A stretch of DNA of 63,717 nt, filler included, from Octopus bimaculoides (GCF_001194135.2; 6 parts of 6 records of this genome joined end to end with filler, not necessarily neighbours in it), one strand, 5' to 3'; numbered from the whole stretch's first letter, positions 48,962-62,301 are shown. Numbers and translations: made by a program. Notes: generated from the sequence alone by a model not told the origin.

Positions 48962-50089
48962 TCAGTTTCATCACAAACTACTGCGAGGTGCAGGTTGCTG
49001 CAGCTAACCTTACGATCTTTCTGTTGCTGTTGCAGATAGCTACCACAAGTGTCTGTTTGCTTTCAGCAGGTGCGATGTATATTATGGAAGGCAACACTTT
49101 CCATGTGTTTCTCGATTTCTGCCAGTGATGAATATCATGGCTTCCTGTTTGCGCGGTTGATTTACTTGTATATTGTAAATTACGCCTCTCTTATTTTTAC
49201 TTTTATTTTCGGTGCACGACATTTCATCTTCTGAGAGTGACATGATTCCAAAGCGAACAATGTCGTTGTTATAAGTTTAAATAGCGTCCACTTTACCTTA
49301 CAGAGCATGAGAAATTCATTGATCTGTGACGTGCGCGAATGGAGTTCCTTTTTCTTTTTCTTTTACGGATTTGTTGTCGTTCCGATTGTTGATGCTATTC
49401 TAACATATTATGTTATCGTTGCTTTGTTGTTGTCTTCCTTGTTGCTGTACTTCTCATGGTGGTGGTGGTGGTGGTGGTGATAGCTCCCGCTGCTGTTTGT
49501 GGTTAATGTTACTGTCGTTCTTGTTGCTACTTTTAGCGCCTTTGTTGTCGCTGCTATTACTGTTGTTGATTATTCTGTTGTTGTTGTTGATGGTTTCATT
49601 ATTGTTGTTCTTGGAGTTGTCGCGGTTCAACACTGATGTTAGTGGTTTTGTTGGTATCATCGTTGTTGTTGTTGTCTGTTCTACTGTTTTTAGATTCTTT
49701 GCTGCTTTTGCTCGTGGACTATTATTGCTAAGTTGATCTAAGTACGAAGTAGGAGCAGAAACAAGCACCATTTCTCCTAAAATCATTCTTGCATTTAAAC
49801 CTGTGTTGGCCATATTGTGAAAAAACAAAAAACAAAAACAAAAAAAAAACCCATATATATCCGAAAATATTGCCGATCGGGACAAAGGGAAACTTTTTCG
49901 ATGGAAAGTCGTATACATCAGCAAAACAATTGTTACAATTCCAGCGGTCAAAGCAAAGGAAAGGGAAATTTAAAAGAAATGCATTAAAAAAAACCCCCAG
50001 CAAATGGCGGTGCCCCAGCATGGCCACAGCTCATGAGCTGAAACTAGATAAAATGAAATAAAATGAAAAAATGAGTAATAATAATATTC

Positions 50090-50280
50090 CCAGCATTACA
50101 CGAAAGAATAGCAGCGCAAATGGATGGTATGATCAACAACGGGGTGGAAATCTTGAAGTGGATAACCACGGGGATAACGGTTTTCTTTTTTTGCCAAAAG
50201 AACCCCGATAAAGGTAATGCAGTGGATACTTACGGGCAAATCTCCCTACCTACCCTTGATGTGGAAGTTGATGACAAGAA
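50090..50280 (+). mobile_element. R4/Dong-like RT N-terminal fragment, followed by two minus-strand SINE A copies (about 50290-50420 and 50510-50720)
   Basis: gcattacacgaaagaatagc...aaaggtaatgcagtggatactt...gatgtggaagttgatgacaag aligns to 13138-13318. Confidence 0.7.
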
Positions 50281-50746
50281 GTTGATTACATCGGCCCCAG
50301 TACCTGAAAGTATAAAAGGTAAAGTCGACCTTGGCATTATTTGAATTCAGAATATAAAGTCGGACGAAATGCTGCTAAGCCTTTTGTACAGCGTGCTAAA
50401 GATTCTGCCAGGTCGCTACCTTAACAACAAGAGGAAGAAGAACAACAACAACAGAAAACGACACCACCACCACCAACAACAATAATAACAACAATAATAA
50501 TAATGGTTAAAAAATTTGGCACAAAGCTAGCAATTTCAGAGAAGGCATTACGTTGATAACATTGACCCAACTGTCCAACTGGCACTTATTTTATCAGTCC
50601 CAAAAAGGATGAAAGACAAAATCGATCTCAGTGGATTTTGAACTCGGAACGTAAAGAGCCTGAAGAAATACTGCTAAGCATTTTGTGCGGCGTGCTAACG
50701 ATTCTGCCAGCTCACCGCCTGAACAACTACGACGACGACGACGACG

Positions 50747-50794
<48 letters not shown>

Positions 50795-50820
50795 GCAACA
50801 ACAGCAGCAGCAGCAGCAGT

Positions 50821-50873
<53 letters not shown>

Positions 50874-51479
50874 CGACGACGACGAATTCCTTATACTATA
50901 AAAAGCGTTTCTTTTGTAGAAGGTTCCTGGTGAACCATTCCGTATGACCTCTGTAGTATAGAAACAAGAGCAACGATTGCTGACAAGGAAGAGATTCGAT
51001 TGAAATGGTTCCGGTGTGAAATAAGTGAATCTCTTGTGTTAAGTCAATGATTCTCATTCATTTCTGTGCACCGTATCCCTTGAAAACGTTTTATTGATTC
51101 ATGCATCCCTGCAAAAGTAATGTCACATTTGAAGGCACAATCCCCACCCCCATCTTCTTCGCCTACACTTCCTAGGAGGTGGTGGTGTAGAGTACTCAGA
51201 CAGCTTGCCCATATATCAGAGGCAACTGTTACTACACTTTCTAGCTGAATTCCCAAGCGTAACCAATTCATATTATGGATATTATCTAACCTTCTCGTTT
51301 TTTTTCTACTCCGAGGTCTACTGCCAGTGAACTCGGATTGAGTTCTTTGCGATTCTTTCCAACGACATTCTAATCACATGCCCATTGTATCGAAGCTGTG
51401 ACCCTTCAATGCAGAGAAACTAATACTCGACCTGAAGCTGGAGAGACCCCTTGTTCTTCGAGCTATGCACTCCGTCGAG

Positions 51480-51750
51480 AAGAGCATCGTTGGCTGATGG
51501 AGCGAATACTTTGCTGATCTCCTGTATCCAATCACAAAATCTTCTGGTGGACAGGATGTTCATGGAGAGGTGAAGACTAGACTAACCTCACAGAGGCTGA
51601 AGTCGCAGAAGCAATCAAAGCGCACAAATGTGTCAAGGCTGTTAGGGAGGATGAACTTCAGCCTAAGGTGTTAAAAACCTTAAATAGAGAAGTTATTCTC
51701 TGGTTGATTCGTGTATTCCAAATGGTTTGAGCGTCTGGAAAGACGATTGG
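51480..51750 (+). mobile_element. RTE-clade LINE RT N-terminal fragment
   Basis: EYFADLL...LTEAEVAEAIKAHKCVKAVREDELQPKVLKTLNREVILWLIRVFQMV is typical of the RTE pre-RT region. Confidence 0.7.
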
Positions 51751-51793
51751 AGAGGAAAAGAAAGATCAATTTTCCGATCACTAATTCGTTATA

Positions 51794-51953
51794 AGGCGTG
51801 GTTGTGTGGTAAGAAGTTTACTCCCTAATCACATGGTTCTGGGTTCAGCCCCACTACGTGGCACTTTGGGCAAGTGTCTTCTATTATAGCCTCGGACCGA
51901 TCGATGACTTGTGAGCGGATTTAGTTGACGGGAACTGAAAGAAGCCCGTCGTC

Positions 51954-51985
<32 letters not shown>

Positions 51986-52166
51986 NNNNNNNNNNNNNNN
52001 NNNNNNNNNNNNNNNNNNNNNNNNNNNNNNNNNNNNNNNNNNNNNNNNNNNNNNNNNNNNNNNNNNNNNNNNNNNNNNNNNNNNNNNNNNNNNNNNNNNN
52101 NNNNNNNNNNNNNNNNNNNNNNNNNNNNNNNNNNNNNNNNNNNNNNNNNNNNNNNNNNTATATATC

Positions 52167-52199
<33 letters not shown>

Positions 52200-52675
52200 A
52201 TATGTATGTATGTATTTATGTGTGTGTATCGCTGCGTCTGTTTGTCCCCACCACCATCGCTTGACCACCGATGCTGGTGTCCTTACGCCCCTGTAACTTA
52301 GCGGTTCGTCAAAAGAACCGAATAAGTACAAGGTTTACAAAGAATAAGTCATGGGGTCGATTTCTTCAACTAAAAAACCGTCTAAAGCAGTGCTCCAGCA
52401 TGGCCGCAGTCAAATGACTGAAACAAGTGAAAGAATAAATGAATATCAGGAGTGGCTGTGTAGTAAGTAGCTTGCTTACCAACATAGTTCTGGGTCCAGT
52501 CCCACAGCGTGGCACCTTGGGCAAGTATCTTCTTCTATAACCTCGGGCCGACCAAAGCCTTGTGAGTGGATTTAGTATACGGAAGCTGAAAGAAGCCTGT
52601 CGTATACATACATACATACATACATACACACACACATACATACATAATACATACATACATACATACATACATGTA
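51794..52675 (+). mobile_element. Two consecutive SINE family B copies (full copy 51794-52440; 5' half 52448-52605 plus microsatellite)
   Basis: Matches to 7003-7550. The internal microsatellite of the first copy coincides with an N gap. Confidence 0.85.
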
Positions 52676-52760
52676 TATATTTTTTTATAAAAAGATATTA
52701 AACTATGTGAAACGAAGGCATTTCTCTTACATTTTTTATATATGTTTTCCACATATTTTC

Positions 52761-52808
<48 letters not shown>

Positions 52809-53229
52809 GAATATGTATATTTAATTGAATCGCATGACATAGTGGAAGAGTTAAACTTTTGGTATTCGTAATAGTACAAAGTTATTTTTAAGAAGTCAAT
52901 AAGTTTATTCTGAGAAACGATTTTAACAAATTATATAAGCTTTCTATCTTTACTGCACTTTCTGAAATGCCATATCTTATGCATAGTCTGGAAGCCTTCG
53001 CTGCAAGTGGTCGCATATAATGCTAGAAATAGCTGTCAAATTTTCAACAAATACCATGCTATTTTAACATGTCTATGCATATGCATACATGCACGCTGAC
53101 ACATACACATTCTTACACGCACGTATACACACACACACATACACACACATGACACAGATAACAATGCGGTTTCTTATATACCAAATGATTCAATGATTAT
53201 GGCTGGAACGTGTTATAATACATTGCAAG

Positions 53230-53287
<58 letters not shown>

Positions 53288-54888
53288 GTTGGTACTTGTA
53301 TTCTCGACCTTGTAGTTATGAATTTCGACTCCATTCAGATTTGAAGATGGAAGGATAAACCTGTATACTGGTTTTATTTTGTCAAGAGACAAATGTTCCA
53401 TATTTTAGTAGACAAATATGAACGGAAGCTGTGATGTTTCTAGCTTTCCAAGAACATTAGTAGCCTTATCTGAGAACCGAAACTGTGTCCTGTTCCGACA
53501 AACTACAAGATTACCTGCTACACCCTACAAAACTATAGATGTAAAACATTTGGTCCTCCTTATATTGTGTTGTTTTTTAAATTCTTCTGTGGGTCTTATA
53601 ACTTACCCCTTAAATATTTAACAAAGGCATAACGAGCTCAGGGTGGATGTAACTCTTCGAAACGCCAGTGTTTTAACGGTGGCAGTTGATGAAGGATATG
53701 TTCTCTATGTGGCCTGCTTGTTTTTTGTACCTTGTTTATTATTTTGTCCATGTTTTTTGCAACTTCATGTACCCAGATATGGATCTATATGTACATGTAG
53801 CTGAAGGTATGTACATATATATGCATATACTCATATATTGTTTATATATATATATATATATATATATTTAAGGGAGACTGAATGCAATGCTTTTCAAATT
53901 TTATCAGCTATTTGGGCCTTTATTAAATACCAGCAAAACACTTGGAAATTTTCCATGACTACAAAAACGACAGATCAACACCATAACCGTCGCCACTACG
54001 ACTATGTACCATTATCCTCTCTTGCTTTTATTTAGTCTTGTTTGGTCTCCAAGTTTCTACGTTTCTCTGTCATTTTCTCCCATGTTTTCTCACTCACTCG
54101 ATGTTTCTCCTTTCATTTCTCAGTATCTTTCTTCATCCATCATTCCGTCATTATCAACGCACCGCCAACACTCCTGCCCACGCCTCTGCTATACAAATAA
54201 TTACGAACTCTTTCTTTCTTACTATATATTTGAGTACCTTCAATGAGCGTGACATAAAAGGTTGGTAAGTAGGAACGTACTATTTTATTAATGTATTGAT
54301 TATTTTGGCGTTTATTAAAAAAGCAACAGTGGAAATTTTTTCTACCCACCCTCTTCACAATGAAATATCTCGCTACACAATCATACCTAGGCAATCACTC
54401 AACCACGTATTCATCCCACCACCCTTTCATGCCATTACCCGTTCATCCCACCACCCAAACACCCAGCAACTTAAATACTCCCACTACCTCAATCCACTAT
54501 CCAGTTACCTCATTACTCGACCACCTCACTACACTGTCACCCCTCCACCCAGTTACCTCACTACCCAGTTATCCCATCATGCTCTCATTTCTTATTTCAA
54601 TCACTCTCCGCTACAATAACAGCATCCACCGCCATTGTGTTAATGAACAACAATAACAGTTAAAAACATGAACAAATCACTTGTTTTTAAACAATGTCGC
54701 AAGCGAAAGGTGAAAGTTCAAAAGTGAAAGTTGAAAGACGAAAGGTGAAAAAGGTAAAGATAAATGGTGAAGTGTGACAATGGCAACAATTTCAAATGTT
54801 TTTATCTAAAATTGTCCCAGCTAATATTTCAAGCCTTCTACTTGAATAAAGTATCTGTAGTCTCACACTGCACACACCTTGTTTCACC

Positions 54889-55017
54889 AACATCGCAGAC
54901 CCTTGCGATATTTCATTAACATCGCAGACCCTTGCGATATTTCATTAACATCGCAGACCCTTGCGATATTTCATTAACATCGCAGACCCTTGCGATATTT
55001 CATTAACATCACAGACC
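54889..55017. repeat. 29-bp minisatellite, four exact copies, within an older degenerate array extending to about 55900
   Basis: AACATCGCAGACCCTTGCGATATTTCATT starts at 54889, 54918, 54947 and 54976, with a partial copy at 55005. Confidence 0.95.
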
Positions 55018-55221
55018 TCCAGAATGTTTCACCAACACAAGGAACTCCTTCAATCCTTCACAATATTTCGCTAACTCCACGAAGCCCCTACAATATCTTA
55101 CCGACACCACAGACCTCTCTGCAATGGTTCATCATTATTACAGCTCCTCCAAATGATCACTAACACCACAAATCCTTTAAATACTTTACCATATCTGACC
55201 AATACCACAAATCTCTTAGAT

Positions 55222-55558
55222 TAGTGGTCCTCTACCAGGGTCCATATGACCCTTGGGTGTTAATATAAAATTTTGGGGTCCACGCAAGCAAAATAGAAAA
55301 CTGGGGATCCACAGCAGTATATTACAGGTCCATGAAAAAATGTTACTTTGGGTGCATTTATTGAAAGACAGCAAGGTTTCTTCTGTCTGACATTTTACAT
55401 AGTTCAGCCAACACAAGTTAATGTGTGAAAAGCAAACTAGAAATTTTGAAAGAAGTATTTATAAAACTAGTTTTTAAACATGGAATGGATATGGGGGTCC
55501 ACCAGAATAAAATTGTTATAAAAGGGCTCCATGGATAAAAAATGGTCAAGAACTACTG
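55222..55558. mobile_element. hAT (Charlie-like) MITE with an exact 8-bp TSD
   Basis: Termini TAGTGGTCCTCTACC and GGTCAAGAACTACTG, with TCTTAGAT at 55214-55221 and 55559-55566. Confidence 0.88.
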
Positions 55559-55908
55559 TCTTAGATTCATACAATATCTGACAAACGCCAAAGATTCAAT
55601 AGATCGTTTACAATAAAACATTTTACCAAAGATCTCTTAGATCGTTTACAATACCAAAGTTCTCTTACAATTACTTACCAGCACCATAAACCTCTCTAAA
55701 ATATTTCACCAGCATCACAGACCCACAGAATGTTTTACTAATATCAAAGATCCCACGTCATATCTCAACATCACAGATTCCTTAGATCCTCGCAATATCT
55801 GGCCAACAATCACAGAACATTTATAATCTGTAACTAACCCCATAAATCTTTTAGATCTATCGTACCTCATTACCACTAAAACCCTCTCTACCATATTTCA
55901 CCAAAAGT

Positions 55909-56122
55909 AAGGTGGTGAGCTGGCAGAACTGTTAGCATGCCGGGCAAAATGCTTAGCGGCATTTCGACTGACATGTTCTGAGTTCAAATCCGCCCAGGTC
56001 AGCTTTGCTTTTCATCCTTTCGCGGTTGATAAAATAAGTACCAGCTGAGGACTGGAGTCAATGTAATCGACTTACCCGCTCCCCGAAATTGCTAGCCTTG
56101 CACCAAAATTTGAAATAATTAT
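55909..56122 (+). mobile_element. SINE family A copy
   Basis: aaggtggtgagctggcagaactgttagc...GAGTTCAAATCC...gctagccttgcaccaaaatttgaaataattatt. Confidence 0.85.
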
Positions 56123-56413
56123 TTCACTAAGATCACAGATACTAACTACGTGTCACAAACACTTTATATGCTTCATGTCATTATAACACTAAATGTTTAT
56201 CTTACAATGTGCCTTGGATACAATACTACAGGATTTCTTTATTTCATTGTTACTCATAATGCGCATCGAGGTCAACTTTGCTTTGTTCTGGGGTCAACAG
56301 AATAAACTACCAATCAAATACCAAGTTCGATATATTCGTTGTCGCCACCCCTCAAAAATAGTGGTTATGAGATTATGCTAGAAACAGTAATTACCCATAA
56401 TTATTCCATATTG

Positions 56414-56633
56414 TCATGGCTTTGGGGGGAAAGATGTTCGGTACCCGACTTTATGGCTCAGCCCCATTTCTTGGCACCTTGGGCAAGTGTGTTCCCTGAC
56501 TGACCAAAGCAATGTGAATAGTGAAATTGGTAGATGAAAGCTTAAGAAGTTCGTCGTGTATAAACGTGATTGCGCACGCGTGTGTGTATTTGTGTTTGTG
56601 TGTGGTGTGGTAGTGTTGTGTGTGTGTGTGTGT

Positions 56634-56664
<31 letters not shown>

Positions 56665-57625
56665 AGTAAAGCTTTTCCAACATAAACATCCAATGCTATG
56701 TTCCTGGCAATATGTGTGNNNNNNNNNNNNNNNNNNNNNNNNNNNNNNNNNNNNNNNNNNNNNNNNNNNNNNNNNNNNNNNNNNNNNNNNNNNNNNNNNN
56801 NNNNNNNNNNNNNNNNNNNNNNNNNNNNNNNNNNNNNNNNNNNNNNNNNNNNNNNNNNNNNNNNNNNNNNNNNNNNNNNNNNNNNNNNNNNNNNNNNNNN
56901 NNNNNNNNNNNNNNNNNNNNNNNNNNNNNNNNNNNNNNNNNNNNNNNNNNNNNNNNNNNNNNNNNNNNNNNNNNNNNNNNNNNNNNNNNNNNNNNNNNNN
57001 NNNNNNNNNNNNNNNNNNNNNNNNNNNNNNNNNNNNNNNNNNNNNNNNNNNNNNNNNNNNNNNNNNNNNNNNNNNNNNNNNNNNNNNNNNNNNNNNNNNN
57101 NNNNNNNNNNNNNNNNNNNNNNNNNNNNNNNNNNNNNNNNNNNNNNNNNNNNNNNNNNNNNNNNNNNNNNNNNNNNNNNNNNNNNNNNNNNNNNNNNNNN
57201 NNNNNNNNNNNNNNNNAAAGCATCACCCTTGGCAGGCCACGTCACGCTTCGACCCCACTTCGCCTCTATATCCGCTACTGGACCATCATGGGTGGAGGGC
57301 TTTTAATCACAGGTCCGTACGATTCGCAGTGGACCAGAATCTAAACACCATCATCACTATGAACAACAACAACAGCAAGCATGCCAATTCATCAGCGATT
57401 CCTTTTTTCGCTCTTTCTCCCTCCTCATTGTCTTCTACCTTTCATCTTTCACTTGTTTCAGTCATTAGACTGCGGCCATGCTGGGGTATCGCCTTGAAGA
57501 ATTTGTTGTCGAATGAATCAACCCCAGTACTCACTGTTTTTTTTTAAGCCTGGTACTTAGTCTCTCGGTACCCTTTTGCCGAACCGCTTGGTTACGGGGA
57601 CGTAAATACACCAACACCGACTGTC
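56414..57625. mobile_element. SINE family B pieces: plus-strand 5' half (about 56414-56560) and minus-strand 3' half (about 57440-57625)
   Basis: ggcaccttgggcaagtgt...gaccaaagc... on the plus strand, and the reverse complement of ...cagcatggccgcagtc...tgactgaaacaagtga. Confidence 0.7.
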
Positions 57626-57824
57626 AGTTGTATTATAGATTCCGATAACATACGAAAATGGTTTGTCTTCTGGTCAACTTCGAGTATACCTCATCCACGA
57701 CCACGACGACCACCACCACTACCCCCATCACCTCAACCACCACCACATCAACCACTATGACCTCACGCAACTTTTCTGCACTCCATCTCCATCACCCTTC
57801 ACCCTCTCCCTCTATCCCACCCCA

Positions 57825-57871
<47 letters not shown>

Positions 57872-58005
57872 GGGACCCTTCGACATTGCACGTTCGGTTC
57901 GTCAGNNNNNNNNNNNNNNNNNNNNNNNNNNNNNNNNNNNNNNNNNNNNTTAATTAATTAANNNNNNNNNNNNNNNNNNNNNNNNNNNNNNNNNNNNNNN
58001 NNNNN

Positions 58006-58054
<49 letters not shown>

Positions 58055-59605
58055 CACACATATATATATGTATATGTACTAACATGCTTGTTTACATATA
58101 TTTAAACACATATGCACACAAAATTATATGTGTGTGTATGTGTATGTATGTGTATGTGTGTGTATGTGTATGTGTGTGTATGTGTATGTGTGTGTATGTG
58201 TGTGTATGTGTATGTGTGCTTATGGGTGCGGGTACATATCAATGTGTATCTCTTTGCGAAACCGGAAACGTAATAACCAAATTTCTGTACTAACAACCTC
58301 AAAGACCTGAAGCTAACACACCTACAGAGGCACACCGGATTATAAGGTTTTACATGCTTGACCGAACAAGAACACAACTCTAACGTTCAACAATAAAATC
58401 TTCTTTAAAATCTTTCCATCAGAACTCACCATACAACGACATTGTCACAAGTCTTCTTCTAAAAGTATAATAAATATATATCCTACAAAAAGTATTCAGT
58501 GATTTTGCACTTTATTATAAATTGTTTTTATTATAACTTTATATAAAATCCACATTAATATTTGTGCGCGCACATGTGTGTGTGTGCGCGCGTGCGCGCA
58601 TACTGCCGTAATACTGGGTTTTAACTTCCATCCAAAATAATAAACTTTTTATCCTCTATTTCCACTACGCTACTCCGCATATATGATGCATGTTTTATAG
58701 TTAATTAAGACACAGCGATTATGCTGGCTCCAATGTTTTCCATTTACTTTTTATTTTTCTAACTGTTACTTCGAGTCCATTGAACTGTTTTGCAATTCCT
58801 ATTGCACCTCTTCCATTTCAAAGTTTATATAATATTTATATTAATTTCCAGAAATGTTGACTTTGTTGATTTTAATGCTATGATTTAATCTTGAAACTAT
58901 TTAATAATATTCTTTTTGTTTTGTTTTGTTTTTTTTAATTTACGAGTTAAGTGTTAATTTAGAGTCTGGCCTTCCTCAATGTCAAAGAGGCGAAATGAGA
59001 ATATAATGAACAGAAAACGAAAAACCAAAATGTGAACGACGAAACGGTATTTTTGTATATTAATGGGCTAAAGAAAACTCGACCAAGACCAAAACCGGAC
59101 TAAAAGGAAGTCGTGCAAACGGAGTATGTGTAAACCAAGGTAACGTTGAATATTGAGATGCGGCCAATTAGCAGACTCGTCAGGCTGTCGAATACATTGC
59201 TTTGCGGTAATAGTTCGGGCTCTGTGTGCCGGTCTGAGTTCAAATCAAGCCCCGATCAAATATGTCAATCACCGTATCGGGATATTTAAATAAAATTACT
59301 AGTCCTATTCTGGAGGTCACTTTGTTTCTTTTTCTTATTCGCAGGAACAAATTATCTGTGATCAAACCTGTTGGGAGACGATCTCCCTTAGATCTCAAAA
59401 TGTTGAAGACGTTGACGTATATTACGATTCCATCAAGAATTTGAAGACCCAAGGTAAGATAAGGCGAATATATATAGATACATACATACATAATACATAT
59501 ATATATATATATATGGGAGAATGTACGAAAAAACAACAACAGACGAGGACAGGTGGTGTAAATAACAAAAGTATGTATTAGTATGACGCTCGGGAATACG
59601 GAAAG

Positions 59606-59642
59606 TCTTTGACGTTTCGAGCTACGCTCTTCAACAGAAAGA
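59606..59642 (-). ncRNA. Minimal hammerhead-like motif (Penelope-type topology, variant core)
   Basis: Minus strand TCTTT-CTGTTGAA-GAGC/GTA/GCTC-GAAA-CGT-C-AAAGA gives a 5-bp helix I, a 4-bp helix II, a palindromic ACGT helix III and a GUC cleavage triplet. The left core is CUGUUGAA rather than CUGANGA. Confidence 0.5.
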
Positions 59643-60429
59643 ATACGGAGACAAGGAGAAAAACACGGAGAAAAAAAATTGAATAGTGTTCAGTCAACGG
59701 TCAATCATAGTAATGGCTAATCATAGTAATGACTGACCGGAAGTTAGAAATTCTTTTTTCAGGAGAGATAAGAAAAGGGGGAGATAACAANNNNNNNNNN
59801 NNNNNNNNNNNNNNNNNNNNNNNNNNNNNNNNNNNNNNNNNNNNNNNNNNNNNNNNNNNNNNNNNNNNNNNNNNNNNNNNNNNNNNNNNNNNNNNNNNNN
59901 NNNNNNNNNNNNNNNNNNNNNNNNNNNNNNNNNNNNNNNNNNNNNNNNNNNNNNNNNNNNNNNNNNNNNNNNNNNNNNNNNNNNNNNNNNNNNNNNNNNN
60001 NNNNNNNNNNNNNNNNNNNNNNNNNNNNNNNNNNNNNNNNNNNNNNNNNNNNNNNNNNNNNNNNNNNNNNNNNNNNNNNNNNNNNNNNNNNNNNNNNNNN
60101 NNNNNNNNNNNNNNNNNNNNNNNNNNNNNNNNNNNNNNNNNNNNNNNNNNNNNNNNNNNNNNNNNNNNNNNNNNNNNNNNNNNNNNNNNNNNNNNNNNNN
60201 NNNNNNNNNNNNNNNNNNNNNNNNNNNNNNNNNNNNNNNNNNNNNNNNNNNNNNNNNNNNNNNNNNNNNNNNNNNNNNNNNNNNNNNNNNNNNNNNNNNN
60301 NNNNNNNNNNNNNNNNNNNNNNNNNNNNNNNNNNNNNNNNNNNNNNNNNNNNNNNNNNNNNNNNNNNNNNNNNNNNNNNNNNNNNNNNNNNNNNNNNNNN
60401 NNNNNNNNNNNNNNNNNNNNNNNNNNNNN

Positions 60430-61023
60430 GTGTAAGGAATTGGATGGGGTGGAGTGGGAAGGTAGAGTAGGAGTGTGTTGGGGTGTGGTGGGATGAGCTT
60501 ATGAGGGGGTGTTGACGATGAAGGGGAAGGGGAAGGTGGATGTAAGAGAGGGGGAAGGTGGGTATGGGAGGGGAGAGAAAGAGAGGAAGAGAGGAGAGAG
60601 GGTGGGTATAAGAGAGGGAAGGTAGATGTGAGAGAGGAGGAAGGTGGGTATGTGGGGGGGGAGAGAAATAGAGGAAGAGAAAGAGAGTGAGAGTGAGAGA
60701 GAAGAGAGGGAGAGAGAGGGAAAGAGTGAGAGGGAAGGGGAAGGGGATGGTGGGTATGGGGGGCGAGAAAGAGAGGAAGAGAAAGAGAGTGAGAGAGAAG
60801 AGAGTGAGAGAGAGAAGAGAGTGAGAGAGAGAAGAGAGTGAGAAAGAGGGAAAGAGAGAAGAGAGTGAGAGAGTAAGGGTGAGAGAGTAAGAGAGTAAGA
60901 GTGTAGAGAGTAAGAGTGAGAGAGAGTGAGAGAGAGGGAAAGAGAGAAGAGAGTGAGAGAATAAGGGTGAGATAGTAAGAGAGTAAGAGTGTAGAGAGTA
61001 AGAGTGAGAGAGGGGGGAGTACG
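60430..61023. repeat. Purine-rich (GA/GGA/GAGT) low-complexity tract
   Basis: The plus strand is almost only G and A with scattered T, and contains internal gagtgagagagaaga repeats. Confidence 0.9.
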
Positions 61024-61123
61024 NNNNNNNNNNNNNNNNNNNNNNNNNNNNNNNNNNNNNNNNNNNNTTAATTAATTAANNNNNNNNNNNNNNNNNNNNN
61101 NNNNNNNNNNNNNNNNNNNNNNN

Positions 61124-62301
61124 ATACAGACGATCTTTACTGTGGCTATACAAACGATCTTTCATTTAGCTATACAAACGATCTTTCCTGTGGCGATACA
61201 AACGATCTTTCATTTAGCTATTCAAACGATCTTTACTTTGGCTATACAAACGATCTTTCCTTTGGCTATGCAGACGATCTTTTCTGTAGCTATACAAATG
61301 ATCTTTCCTTTGGCTATACAAACGGTCTTTCCTTTGGCTATACAGAGGATCTTTCCTGTAGCTATACAACCGATCTTTCCTTTGGCTATACAAACGATCT
61401 TCCCTTTAGCTATACGAACGATTTTTCATTTGTCTATACAAACGATCTGCAAATTCGCTATTCAAACGATCTTTCGTTTGGCTATGCAAACGGTCTTTCC
61501 TTTAGCTATACAAACGATCTTTCGTTTACCTATTCAAACGATATTTCCTTTGGCTATACAAACGATCTTCCCTTTATCTATACAAACGATCTTTCCTTTG
61601 CCTATACAAACGATGTTTCCTTTTGGTATACAAACGATCTTCCCTGTGGCTATTTAAACGATCATTCCTTTGGCTATACAAACGATCTTCCCTTTAGCTA
61701 CACAAACGAACTGTCCTTTAGCTATACAACCGATCTTTCCTTTAGCTATACAAACGATCTTCCCTTTGGCTATACAAACGATCTTCCTTTTAGCTATACA
61801 AACGATCTTTCCCTTAGCTATACAAACGATCCATCTTTTGGCTATAGAAAGGACCTTTCAGTTAGCTTTACAAACGATCTTTCCTTGAGCTATACAAACG
61901 TTCTTTCCTTTGGCTATACAAACGATCTTTCCTGTGGCTATACAAACGATCTTTCCCTTAGCTATACAAACGGTCTTTCTTTTGGCTATACAAACGATCT
62001 TTCCTTTAGCTATAAAAACGATCTTTCCCTTAGCTATACAGACGATCTTTTCATTAGCTATACAAACGATCTTTCCTTGAGCTATACAAACGTTCTTTCC
62101 TTTGGCTACACAAACGATGTTTCCTGCGGCTATACAAACGATCTTTCATTTAGCTATACAAACGATCATTACTTTGGCTATACAAACGATCTTTCTTTTG
62201 GCTATACAAACGATCTTCCCTTTAGCTATACGAACGATCTTTCCTTTGGCTATACAAACGATCTTCCCCGTGGCTATTTAAACGATCAGTCCTTTGGCTA
62301 T
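61124..62301. repeat. 24-bp tandem minisatellite (about 49 units), bounded by gaps
   Basis: Consensus GCTATACAAACGATCTTTCCTTT(G/A). The 8-residue periodicity of the pseudo-ORFs (AIQTIFPL, YTNDLSFG) confirms a 24-nt unit. Confidence 0.95.

Noticed and set aside
49410-49951. Overlapping low-complexity ORFs (poly-N/T/P and poly-L)
   Set aside because: Derived from GTT/GGT trinucleotide-rich sequence; no domain, splice or codon evidence.
54889-55017. CRISPR-like array (29-bp palindromic repeats)
   Set aside because: The repeats are directly adjacent with no spacers, there are no cas genes, and the context is eukaryotic; it is a minisatellite.
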